IMG/VR virus record: IMGVR_UViG_3300021431_000002
Source: a virus
Taxonomy: Duplodnaviria > Heunggongvirae > Uroviricota > Caudoviricetes
Strand: one strand, 5' to 3'
DNA: 64,000 nt
Shown here: piece by piece, positions 49,672 through 59,358 of the stretch
Numbering within the stretch: the first letter of the stretch is position 1
Layout: every line of letters begins with the position of its first letter
Made by a program: the position numbers and the translations under genes
The notes under the pieces: generated by a model
Seen by the model: only the letters and a program-made list of their open reading frames with translations
Told to the model about the DNA's origin: nothing
The model's database searches: none

Positions 49672-50912
49672 TCTTCTTTGTAATAATAGTATTCATTGAT
49701 AAACTCTTTTTCCCAAGGAGTTAAATCACGCTGCATATAACTCATAAGTTTGTTAAGATATTCCTCTTTCTTGACGTTTTCCTCTTCAGTTGTTAAATCC
49801 CAATCCAACTCCCTAGAAAAATTCTCCAATAAAGCAATTAACACACTACTGCTGTTAGATTTACTAATGTAATTAACCCAGTAATATGCATTATAACTAT
49901 CAATTAACTTGGCAAAATATCTAGAATTTCTGCCGTTTACTATATTATCATCAATAAGCGAATCACCCCAATAACTTTTTGGATTTTTCGCAAAAATAAG
50001 CCTTAAATATCTTTTTATTAACTCTGGATTCAGTTTCTCAATATTGAAATAATCCAATAAATTGCCACTCTCCGTATAGTTTTTCAACACTCTCATTGCC
50101 TTACTTAACGGCATTTTGTTCAACTCGTAAATCCATCCAATATATTCTCCTTTCAAAGCCTCAATGTTTGCATCATCAGAAAAACCTTGTACAACTGTAT
50201 CATTGTATGATGAATTCTTAAACCCACTAAAAAGATTTCTAGGACTCACCTCTTCCATATCACCGTTAACTTTTGACAAGTCATAGATAACAGAGCCGTG
50301 CTTTGTATTGTCATAGCCATCAATACCACTAACATTAACCCCATTATAACCGTTATACTCCATAAACAATGTTGAAAAACTCTGGCTCCCCTCATGCCTT
50401 TGAGCCATCCTAATTAACTCATAATAAGAAGGGCATCTTAACCCTAACCCATCAGCGTTAGATTTAATCCTTTGATAAAGAACACTGTTGTCATAACTAG
50501 CAGTTTTTGGGTTAAATGTGCCCATATTGGTGATTTTATAATACATATGGTTCAAATCTGCCATCATCGTATATAATACGTCACCTTGCTTTTTACTCCT
50601 AACCCTATACAAATTCTTATAAAGGTCAAAATCAACACGATATAAATGGTCTTTTATCTCAATGAAATTAGGATTCTGATTTCTGTTAAATTCACCATAA
50701 TTGTCAATGTCTTTCATATTCCTATAAGTTGAGAAATATGTGCCACTACCAAAATGACCAGTTTCACGACCAGCCATCTGATATTTACTATCGCTATAGT
50801 AAGGCTTGCCATTATGCTCCTTTCCAACATGAAAATTCCATTCAGATTCCTTCAACATACCATACTGCTTGGGATTAATGTATATTTTTTTTCTATCAAC
50901 AATTTCCATCAT
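49668..50912 (-). CDS. Putative ADP-ribosyltransferase-like virion protein
   Basis: KKIYINPKQYGMLKESE leader; GHFGSGTYFST and GYNGVNV...SVIYD resemble polyvalent-protein ART motifs. Confidence 0.55.
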   Translation of the reverse strand: MMEIVDRKKIYINPKQYGMLKESEWNFHVGKEHNGKPYYSDSKYQMAGRETGHFGSGTYFSTYRNMKDIDNYGEFNRNQNPNFIEIKDHLYRVDFDLYKNLYRVRSKKQGDVLYTMMADLNHMYYKITNMGTFNPKTASYDNSVLYQRIKSNADGLGLRCPSYYELIRMAQRHEGSQSFSTLFMEYNGYNGVNVSGIDGYDNTKHGSVIYDLSKVNGDMEEVSPRNLFSGFKNSSYNDTVVQGFSDDANIEALKGEYIGWIYELNKMPLSKAMRVLKNYTESGNLLDYFNIEKLNPELIKRYLRLIFAKNPKSYWGDSLIDDNIVNGRNSRYFAKLIDSYNAYYWVNYISKSNSSSVLIALLENFSRELDWDLTTEEENVKKEEYLNKLMSYMQRDLTPWEKEFINEYYYYKED

Positions 50913-51014
50913 AATATTTTTTCCATATAAAAGTAAATAGTTAAATTAACCTAAAACATTTGGTTATCTCTATTTTTTTTCATATATTTGCTAACGACAA
51001 AATAGTATTTAAAA

Positions 51015-51254
51015 ATGGATAGAGAAGAAGCTAAAAAAATTGCACTAGATGCAATCAACAAAGAAATAGAAACACATGGAGAAGATTATGTTTTCATGAT
51101 GGCCCCACAACTAGGCAAAAACACGTGGACTCTGAAAGAAGCTAGGGAGTCTATCATCAATGATGCAACATTGGAAAACTCAAACTCCAATCTCATTGAT
51201 GGTATCATTAATCTATATGAGTATAAAAAGAAATTAGAACAAAATAACAAATGA
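51015..51254 (+). CDS. Hypothetical protein
   Basis: Follows a host-type promoter. Confidence 0.55.
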   Translation: MDREEAKKIALDAINKEIETHGEDYVFMMAPQLGKNTWTLKEARESIINDATLENSNSNLIDGIINLYEYKKKLEQNNK

Positions 51255-51589
51255 CACGAGAACTTACATATAGAGAAGCCATTAGGGAATTCTTATTTTT
51301 TTTGAAAAAAGAAAATGCATATAAAAAATACATAAAAGCAATAAAACGACAAAAAAAAGAAGAATTTAAAAATTTGGAAAATTATATCAACGTCCTTACA
51401 ATTTATCCTCTCAAAACATGTTTTAAAAACGATATGATATGCTATCTGATTGATAGGTCATTCACTTGGGTTTATACCGAAGAAGGACATGGATTTTGGG
51501 CGGAATTGGATAGAAAATGGTATCTTAAAATGGAAGGCACTAAAATTGTAGCAGAAAAATTGACAAAAAACAACAATAATATAAGTTAA
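51251..51589 (+). CDS. Hypothetical protein (FxxFLK...FTW..TEEG..FW family)
   Basis: REFLFFLKKE...SFTWVYTEEGHGFWAELDRKW. Confidence 0.6.
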   Translation: MTRELTYREAIREFLFFLKKENAYKKYIKAIKRQKKEEFKNLENYINVLTIYPLKTCFKNDMICYLIDRSFTWVYTEEGHGFWAELDRKWYLKMEGTKIVAEKLTKNNNNIS

Positions 51590-51595
51590 CGTAAA

Positions 51596-52057
51596 ATGGA
51601 TAATTTAAAAACATTATTAGCAATTCTTATGATAGCAGCTAGTATATTTGTTGCAGCATTTATTACACAAATAACTTTAATTGATAAAGATAATATTATC
51701 GTAAAACAAAACGATACAAATATTTTCGTTAAAAAATATACTCCAAAGGCTACCGTCAATAAATCTTTTAAGTTTTTTGACACATCAATGGATTCAGCCA
51801 TATACAAATACCCACAAAATAAAATACTATATGAAGGAATATTAGTAAAAGCTGAACATACTCCAGACCAAGTAATTATAAAAACAAAAAAACAAGAAAA
51901 AAGAAATAACGTAACACTTAATATAATACGAAATGAAGACGTTTCTGAACTGTTTTCTTGTAATCAAGTGGATGAGTTTCAAACAAAAATCGGAAAAAAA
52001 ATGATAATAACAAAAACATTCTATCCTAGAGAAAGAATATTCTATAAATTCCCATAA
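51596..52057 (+). CDS. Membrane-anchored hypothetical protein
   Basis: N-terminal hydrophobic segment. Confidence 0.55.
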   Translation: MDNLKTLLAILMIAASIFVAAFITQITLIDKDNIIVKQNDTNIFVKKYTPKATVNKSFKFFDTSMDSAIYKYPQNKILYEGILVKAEHTPDQVIIKTKKQEKRNNVTLNIIRNEDVSELFSCNQVDEFQTKIGKKMIITKTFYPRERIFYKFP

Positions 52058-52060
52058 ACT

Positions 52061-52522
52061 ATGAAACAAATACTGAAAAAAATATATACAATTCTTGTCC
52101 TAATTAAAAATGTATTAATTAGGAAGAAAAAATATACACTACACTTTGTGGCAGAAAATAACCCACCAATAAAAAGATGGTACTATGATTTCAAACATTG
52201 GGGATTCGACCATGCTAACCTCGAAATGGTCGCTGGAGCAGATACACTCTGCGAATACTATGCAAGAGGAAAAAATGAACTCACAATAAACATCACAGCA
52301 TCAGAAAAACCAAGAAGCCATTACACAAACCTATGCGATGAATTCATAGCAGAACCACTCCCAAAAGAATGGACATCATGGAAAGATAAACTCATCTGGG
52401 GAAGAAACTATACACACATTGACGCAAATGATGGACATGAAGTGAGGATGTGGATTTGCCCAGTAACACTGTTCGTACTAGGAAGATACCCAAAATATCT
52501 CTACATAAGACACGGAGAATAA
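52061..52522 (+). CDS. Conserved hypothetical protein (DUF6717-like)
   Basis: WYYD...LEMVAGADTLC...WICPVTLFVLGRYPKYLY. Confidence 0.55.
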   Translation: MKQILKKIYTILVLIKNVLIRKKKYTLHFVAENNPPIKRWYYDFKHWGFDHANLEMVAGADTLCEYYARGKNELTINITASEKPRSHYTNLCDEFIAEPLPKEWTSWKDKLIWGRNYTHIDANDGHEVRMWICPVTLFVLGRYPKYLYIRHGE

Positions 52523-52527
52523 ATAAT

Positions 52528-52887
52528 ATGGAAAAATTACAATATGATAAATGGTACGATACGGTCGAAGACCTTGAACAATGTATAAATAAGTATATAA
52601 TATGCTCATACATACAAGACAATCCACAATCTAGTAAGGAACTATGGATTGTTGTACCTAAGAAAATAGAACGCTCACCAAGAGGTAAACTGTTTAATAC
52701 CAAAATTTATGGTCTCTATCTGTGCGGCATTTATCCAAGTTTTCGTGCATTTCATAGACCAACAATGAAAAAAAAAGAAGGAGAAAATAAGTTCTATTGC
52801 AATGCGCAACAATCTTTTAGACTAGCAACAAATGATGAAATTAAACAATTACATCAATATTGGAGCAAGTTCAGAATAACAAAATAA
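52528..52887 (+). CDS. Hypothetical protein (RLATxxE family)
   Basis: Likely start MEKLQYD; FRLATNDEIK. Confidence 0.55.
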   Translation: MEKLQYDKWYDTVEDLEQCINKYIICSYIQDNPQSSKELWIVVPKKIERSPRGKLFNTKIYGLYLCGIYPSFRAFHRPTMKKKEGENKFYCNAQQSFRLATNDEIKQLHQYWSKFRITK

Positions 52888-52888
52888 A

Positions 52889-53275
52889 ATGAAATACATC
52901 AAAACAATAGAAGAACTCAAACAACGAATAGGAAAATTCATCATTACATCAGACTACGATGAAAAATGCAGAGACAAACACTCTTCAATGAAACTGCTCA
53001 CAAAAATAGAAGATTGTTGGATTAGGCATTCCGCATTTATGAGTGGTGAGAGTTCAGAACTTCTAGGGTGGAAAATATATGGCAAATATGCAGCAAAACT
53101 TAACCCATTTATACCATATATGGCAGATAAAAATTGCGAGTCATACGCAATTTTCATTAGATACGCCAGAGACCCAACACAAGAAGAAATTAAAGAATAC
53201 AAAAACTGTTGGAGAAAATTAATATATCAAAAATATTTTATAAAACCATTTCAACCATTAGAAATAATTCCATAA
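52889..53275 (+). CDS. Hypothetical protein (RxxTxEE family)
   Basis: ARDPTQEEIKEY. Confidence 0.55.
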   Translation: MKYIKTIEELKQRIGKFIITSDYDEKCRDKHSSMKLLTKIEDCWIRHSAFMSGESSELLGWKIYGKYAAKLNPFIPYMADKNCESYAIFIRYARDPTQEEIKEYKNCWRKLIYQKYFIKPFQPLEIIP

Positions 53276-53349
53276 TTTTTCCAGAATTTTTTTGATAACA
53301 CATAATGAAAAAAATATGGAACTGTCGCAATAAACAGTTCCATAAATTA

Positions 53350-55263
53350 TTATCTTATACATTTAATACATGACATTAAACTATCTATATTGGTAAATGT
53401 GTTTTCTTCTGTATATATACCGTTAAATTTCTTATCATTTATATAATCAATATTTTTAACGTTATTTTTAGGAAAATAGTAAAAAAGTTTAATATTTGCA
53501 TTTTTACAGCATTTGTTAAAATTATAATCACGTTTTAATTGATTAGAAAATTTTCCAGAATAACCTTTGTGAAAAATACTACATTTTTGAAAGTGTTGTT
53601 CGCCTTGGCACTCTATCATTACATTATAAGACTTAATGAAGAAATCTCCACGCATATTTCCAAATATTTTTTTGTCAGTATATTGGGTTTTAAATTCAAT
53701 GTTTTCTTTTTTTAACCTATAAAAAATACTCTCTTCTAATCTAGATGTTGAACATTTTGGACACCCACTTCCCATTCTAACATGTAGGTGATTATGCGGT
53801 GTTTGCCAGAATTCTCCATGTTTGGGGCATATTATACAAACTTTTATTTTATCGCCTTTGTAGTCAACTTTTGAGTAATCATATTTATTACCATGAACCC
53901 TTTTCGCCATTTCAATAAATTGTTCTGTCGTTATATGAATTTTATCAGGTCTTCCATTTTTTGATTTCAAAAAATTACATGGTTTTATTGAAAATATTTC
54001 ATTATTTAATTCTTTGTCTATTATATTAACTGGAGTATCACAATTAACATATTTAATCTCAGAATAATCATATCTGTTTCCAAATTTGTTCGTAGCCTTT
54101 TTTATAAAATGCTTTTCTTCACATTCTCTTCTTTTTTCTTTTCTTTCTTCTTCTGTTAATTTAGGCTTTTTTGGTTTATTTAGGTTTTTAAGACTTTCTA
54201 TGTATTTATTATAACATTTTTTACAACCGCCAAACCTACTATTAAGATGAACGTTAGGTGTAGTACTAAATCTCAAACCATGCTCCTTACATATCAATAT
54301 AATTGGTGATTGAGAATTTACATACACGACTTCAGAATAATCAAACCTATCACCAAATTTCTTTTTTGACCTCTCTATAAATTTATTTGCATTAGAAACA
54401 ATACTATTTAATTTCCATTTTTCTATAGATTTCTCTTTAGCACATTTTGGGCATCCACAATCCCTTTTTTGTATATTATCATAAATTTTAAAAAAAGAAC
54501 CGTGTATTGGACAAACTATTTCAATTTTTTCTGTTTTTACATTACCGCCTTTATATTCAATCTTTGAATAGTCATATTTATCCCCATAAATATATTTGCA
54601 TCTTTTTATAATATATTCGGTGGATAAATGTTTTACACCACCCCTAGAAAATAGTAAAGGTTGTCTATTACCACAATTCACGCTGCTTTTATTACACAAA
54701 GGACACAAACCATCTTTGGAATATAAATGCCTATACATGTTTACACTGAACTCGCCATGTTCCTTACATATCAATGTAACTGGAGTTTGAGAATTAACAT
54801 ATACTACCTTCGAGTAATCAAACCTATCACCAAATTTTTCCTTCGACTTTTTGATGAAAGCATTAGCCTTTTCTTCTTTTTCTATTTTACTATTGCATAA
54901 TGGACAACCACCATTCTCATAATATAAGTGCTTATACATATCTATATTAAACTCGCCATGTTCCTTACATATCAATGTAATTGGAGTCTGAGAATCAGCA
55001 TATTTAACTTTAGAATAATCAAATCTGTCACCAAATTTTTCTTTCGACTTTTTAATGAAAATATTAGCCTTTTCTTCTTTTGTGATACGAATGTAATTAC
55101 TCTTGTTATTAAGAAAATATTTTGGCTTTACTGCTTTTTCTTCTTTTGTATTTTTGTCAATAACTATAACTTCATTATTACATCCTTTATAAACAACTTT
55201 GGAATAATCGTATTTATCTCCATGTATCTTCTTTGCTTTTTCAATAAACTTTTCTTGCGTCAT
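53350..55263 (-). mobile_element. Homing endonuclease with tandem DUF723-like zinc-ribbon repeats and C-terminal PD-(D/E)xK (Vsr-like) domain
   Basis: About 7 repeats FI.K.K..(H/F)GD(K/R)(Y/F)DYSKV.Y....IC..HG.F...GCP.C; C-terminal GDFFI...IECQGEQH; likely start MTQEKF at 55263. Confidence 0.85.
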
Positions 55264-55496
55264 AAAATTTGCTTTATTAAAAAATAAAAAAAATTCTAGA
55301 AAAATCAAGAATTTTTTTCCAGAATTTTTTTTTTCTTTGGCACAAAAATAAAAAAAGGTGGCCCGACTTTGGTAAAATTGATTTTTTCCCAGGAATCAGG
55401 AGACAAATCTGTTGGCTTGCAGAACAATGCAAAAACTCCCCTTGGGGGCGCAGGATACATAGGTGGGGATGCACCCCCACACCATACTCCCCATAA

Positions 55497-55512
55497 TGTT
55501 TCACGTGAAACA
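55497..55512. promoter_or_regulatory. parS: parS site (perfect palindrome)
   Basis: TGTTTCACGTGAAACA, intergenic. Confidence 0.8.
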
Positions 55513-55586
55513 CTTGTAAATATTTTTTATGTAAAAAAAATCGAAAAAAAGGTGAAGATTTCTCCCCACCTTTTGTAAAGATTTTT

Positions 55587-56297
55587 CTATGCCATTTCTT
55601 TCATCTTTTTTAACGTTTCCCACTTCAGTTGTCGGATGCGCTCTTCTGTGAGTTTGAATTTTCTTGACAATGTGTACTCGCTCACCTCGTTGCAACCGAT
55701 ACCAAACAAACCGCAAATAATGGCTTTTTCACGCTCGTCAAGACCTCGCATAAGGTAATTTATTTTGACAACCATATCGTTCTCGTCAGTGAGATTGTCG
55801 GCTCTGCTGCTGCTTGCAAAGGTGTCGAGTAAATTTTTTTCTCCATCCTCGTCGGATGCAAGGGGTGCGTCCATGCTTGCAGCGTGATAGGCGGCTTTCG
55901 CTTTGACCATGTGTGCGCCTTGGCGAACTACTCTGCTCTCGTCAGTCAGACCGATACCGATATACTTTCTCACTTGCTCCAATGCCCATGTGCTGAACAT
56001 TGTTCCACGTGAAACATCAAAGGTGTCAACCGCTATACACAAGCCATAATTGCCGTTCTGCAAAATATCCTCAAAAACGTCCATACCTTGATACGATGCA
56101 GCGATACTCCAAACGATACGCAAATTTGCCTCTATCACCTTGTTACGTGCTCTCTGTGAGCCGTTCTGTGCCTTGGTAATAAGGTCACGCACCTCGCTAT
56201 CTGAAAGCGTCTTGTTGCGGTTCATTTCGGACAAGTAGATGTTCAAACCCTCGTTGCGCACAACATTCTGATTCTCCTTGAAATTTATTGTCTTCAT
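55587..56297 (-). CDS. Phage-encoded sigma-70 family factor
   Basis: Region 1.2 LNIYLSEM, region 2 EANLRIVWSIA..EDILQNGNYGL..AVDTFD...FSTWA, region 4 LTEERIRQL. Confidence 0.9.
   Translation of the reverse strand: MKTINFKENQNVVRNEGLNIYLSEMNRNKTLSDSEVRDLITKAQNGSQRARNKVIEANLRIVWSIAASYQGMDVFEDILQNGNYGLCIAVDTFDVSRGTMFSTWALEQVRKYIGIGLTDESRVVRQGAHMVKAKAAYHAASMDAPLASDEDGEKNLLDTFASSSRADNLTDENDMVVKINYLMRGLDEREKAIICGLFGIGCNEVSEYTLSRKFKLTEERIRQLKWETLKKMKEMA
56001..56016. promoter_or_regulatory. parS: parS site inside the sigma factor gene
   Basis: TGTTCCACGTGAAACA matches the TGTTNCACGTGAAACA consensus. Confidence 0.75.
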
Positions 56298-56785
56298 ATT
56301 ATTACTTTTAATTGTTAAACTTGTTGTTTCTTGTTTGCGAGTGCAAAGTTAGAACTTTTTTCTGAATTACACAAATTTTTAGCGAAAAAAATGCGTTTTG
56401 TTAACGTTTTTTAAGGAAATCTGCATAATGATGCGAGTTTTATGCAATTATTCATATTTTATTCATTTCAACATCATATTTGATACAAGGAAAATGAAAC
56501 ACCCCATTTTAAGGCTCTCTGAGACGTTTTTAGGCAGTCAGATATAAAAGTTATCAGCCATATAGGTGAAACGCTTTTAAAACGCTTGCAAATGGCTTTA
56601 TTTGGCTTCATTCGTATTTCTTTGCCCACATACGTGCGTATATGTGTGTTATTCCTATATCATTTTATTGTAGGCTGAAACATGATGCGCAAAAATGGAA
56701 AAATGTGCAGAAAACGTGATTTTTTTGTAAACGAATGTTAAATGAGTTCTGGAATTGCAAAAAAGCCTTAAAAAATCGCCTAAAA

Positions 56786-56819
56786 TTTGGTTAGTTCAAA
56801 TTTATTTCGTACCTTTGCA
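56786..56819 (+). promoter_or_regulatory. Bacteroidota-type early promoter (representative of ~20)
   Basis: TTTG at 56786, 20-nt spacer, TACCTTTG at 56810. Near-identical copies at 57619, 58598, 61048 (+) and 58504, 59301, 60938, 62278, 62678, 63673 (-). Confidence 0.85.
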
Positions 56820-56898
56820 TCGTCAATCAGACAAAGCGTTTTTTGAGATATTGAAACAATCGGCAATATTGCCACATAACAATTAAATCTTTAGTAAA

Positions 56899-57522
56899 AT
56901 GAAGAAGAGTAATTTTTCTGTAAGTGAGTTGTTAACCGCAGTCGTGAACGTTTTTGACACCATCGCTGCTTGTAAGGATTTCGCATCATGCAAGTTTGGC
57001 TACGGCTTCATCGCTCGTTCAACCCCCAAGTTTCGTGCTCCCAAGGCTACGGCAGCAGAGTGGGCAGCAGATTTCGGAAACGAAATGCCCAACATCGTGA
57101 AAGTAACCAAGGTGACAAACGCAAGGGCTTACGACTACGCCAAGGCAATCAATCGTCAGTTAGCCAAGCAAGGTGATGCAACTGATTTCAAGTCTAGTAG
57201 CATGAACGGCTACGAGTGGGTAGTTCCCAACATCATCAAGAGAGCCGAAAAGGATGGGTCTTTGCAGATGTGCGTAACGTTCAAGGAGAATGACCGCACC
57301 AAGTTCGAGACATTCTACATTGTGGCTGACCACTTCGCTACGGCTGACGAACTGAACTTCATCACAGAACACCTCTACAAAGCCCCCAACAAGTCTGTGA
57401 AACAGACAGAGAGTGGCATCGCAGACGAGGATATTCTGATGGTTCGCAACTACAAGTTCTCCAACATCATCGCAGTCGGACAGACACCGCAGATTGAGGA
57501 AATTTGGGGAAGCATTGAGTAA
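56899..57522 (+). CDS. Early hypothetical protein
   Basis: Own promoter and terminator; C-ending, host-like codon usage. Confidence 0.75.
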   Translation: MKKSNFSVSELLTAVVNVFDTIAACKDFASCKFGYGFIARSTPKFRAPKATAAEWAADFGNEMPNIVKVTKVTNARAYDYAKAINRQLAKQGDATDFKSSSMNGYEWVVPNIIKRAEKDGSLQMCVTFKENDRTKFETFYIVADHFATADELNFITEHLYKAPNKSVKQTESGIADEDILMVRNYKFSNIIAVGQTPQIEEIWGSIE

Positions 57523-57523
57523 G

Positions 57524-57549
57524 AAAAGGGGTCGAAAGACCCCTTTTTC
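57524..57549 (+). terminator. Intrinsic terminator
   Basis: AAAAGGGGTC-GAAA-GACCCCTTTTT. Confidence 0.85.
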
Positions 57550-57934
57550 TTTGCCCTATGGTGTACTTGATTAAGTACAAATGTTAAACACTTTTTAACA
57601 AAAATAATTGCTGATTGGTTTGGTTAATTCAAAATAATTTCGTACATTTGCATCGTCAACCAAGGATGGGAGACGTACTTAAATAAGTCTAATAATTAAA
57701 TAAAGGAAAATAATTATGCGTAAGTTGAATTGGTAATTTAGGGGAAAAATATAGTCAGTAGGTGCAATAAAAGTAATAGGGCTGCTGAAGTGACCAGTAA
57801 GCACACCCTATAATCCTACCTCTCTCTAAAGTGCAAGAAGAGTATTTTAATAGTAGAATGGCAGCACAGAGAATAATGCCTACAAGGGTTTGAAAGTAAC
57901 CTATTCAGTGGTGATGATACTATTCCACATTTTT

Positions 57935-58043
57935 CAAGGTGTAGCAGAGTCTGGTTTCATGCGACCACTATGGACGTGGTGTCTGGTAAGCGTTTTCTGA
58001 ACGGGGTAACTTACTTACGTTGGTTCGAATCCAACCACCTTGT
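57935..58043 (+). tRNA. Atypical tRNA-Pro(TGG)-like RNA with 38-nt variable region
   Basis: Acceptor CAAGGTG/CACCTTG, D-arm GCAGAGTCTGGTTTCATGC, anticodon stem ACCAC/GTGGT with loop TATGGAC, T-arm GTTGG-TTCGAAT-CCAAC. Confidence 0.7.
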
Positions 58044-58066
58044 CTATTTTAATCAAGAATCTGTAA

Positions 58067-58100
58067 ATGGCTTACGTTGTGAAACGTGAGTCATTTTTTT
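58067..58100 (+). terminator. Intrinsic terminator after the tRNA-like gene
   Basis: AATGGCTTACGTT...AACGTGAGTCATT followed by a T-run. Confidence 0.7.
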
Positions 58101-58180
58101 GTATTATTATAGATTAAAATACAAATGCCCCTACCTTATTCAGATAGGGGTATAGATGTACTTATTTAAGTCCGAAGAGT

Positions 58181-58483
58181 TCACTTGCAAGTTCTTTCAA
58201 TCTCCAAATAAACTTCATTGTTTTCTGCATAGCATAGTATTGATTCAAGTTCCCAACCATCATCATCATCGGTTGTGTTTTCGCACATGACTTCTAAAGC
58301 GTCATCTTTGCTAAAGCACCTTACCGCAGTGATGTCACATTCTTCAACAACATTGTAGCACACACGGATGGGTGTTTTAAGTTTCAACATAAACTGCCCA
58401 CTGATGTCCTTTTTCCCATTTTTGGTAATCAGTTCCAAGGCTTCAGTACGATTTTGCTCAAATGTTTCTCTAATGTCTATCAT
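58181..58483 (-). CDS. Early hypothetical protein
   Basis: Promoter at 58504-58537. Confidence 0.65.
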   Translation of the reverse strand: MIDIRETFEQNRTEALELITKNGKKDISGQFMLKLKTPIRVCYNVVEECDITAVRCFSKDDALEVMCENTTDDDDGWELESILCYAENNEVYLEIERTCK

Positions 58484-58653
58484 ATCTTAATTCCTTTTGT
58501 TGGTGCAAAGGTACGAAAAAAATCTGAACTAACCAAATAAAAATGAAATTATTTTCAATTTATAATAAAAAATATTTTCTTAAAAAAACTAAAAAAATTT
58601 GGAAAAAGTGTGTTTGATTTCGTATATTTGCATTATTACCAAAAATAATAAAA

Positions 58654-58917
58654 ATGAAAGAATTAAAAAAGGAGATTAGAGAGATTTTATTTGAATTGGA
58701 TTCTAATGATTTTTATCCAATAATTATTTATCATTGTGTATGTGGTAATAAGGGCAAAAACATACGTTTTTATTTGAATGATAAAAATAAAGTTTCCCAA
58801 GAAGTTTTTTATGATGGTGTCGAAGAAAAACATCATAGGAAAGAATTAACCAATGAAGAAATAAAATGGGTTAGCAATAATATGTTTTCTTATGGAAAAA
58901 TTAAAAAAATATGCTGA
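58654..58917 (+). CDS. Early hypothetical protein
   Basis: Promoter at 58598-58631. Confidence 0.6.
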   Translation: MKELKKEIREILFELDSNDFYPIIIYHCVCGNKGKNIRFYLNDKNKVSQEVFYDGVEEKHHRKELTNEEIKWVSNNMFSYGKIKKIC

Positions 58918-58996
58918 CCACTTTCCCAAGCAGTCAGCACAACAACGTTCAATTAAATAAAGTAATATGTAACCTATTCCAAGGAGCAAGGTAGGC

Positions 58997-59263
58997 TTAT
59001 TTCAGCCCTACCATTGCTTTCAGTTCTTTCTTGATTGTTTTGGCGGTCTCACCTCTCCAAGTGGATGCGTTGGCAAGGAAATAGCGCACAATGCTGTCGG
59101 CAGAATCCCAACCATAGTTGTCGTTGATGGAGTCAAGTGATGCCATAGCATCGAGGTAAGGCTTTGCACCGAAATATACCTTTGAACCCCAGTCCTTGCG
59201 GATGTCACGTGCAATCTCGTAGAGAGGACGATTCTGAACTTTCTCAATTTTCTTTGTTGCCAT
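58997..59263 (-). CDS. Small conserved-looking phage protein
   Basis: RPLYEIARDIRKDW..YFGAKPYLDAM..YFLANASTWRGE; own promoter. Confidence 0.7.
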   Translation of the reverse strand: MATKKIEKVQNRPLYEIARDIRKDWGSKVYFGAKPYLDAMASLDSINDNYGWDSADSIVRYFLANASTWRGETAKTIKKELKAMVGLK

Positions 59264-59358
59264 AATTGTTATGAATTTAATTGTTTAACTTGTTTCGTGA
59301 TGCAAAGGTACGAAAAAAATCTGAATTAGCCAAACCAATTCAGATTTTTAACACTTAT

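Noticed and set aside
55277-55716. Short ORFs across the compositional break
   Set aside because: Mutually overlapping, atypical composition, and they cover the parS and G/C-run signals.
57849-57925. Hammerhead ribozyme (GAAA and TGATGA present)
   Set aside because: The core CUGANGA is not matched (GTGATGA) and stem connectivity does not fit.
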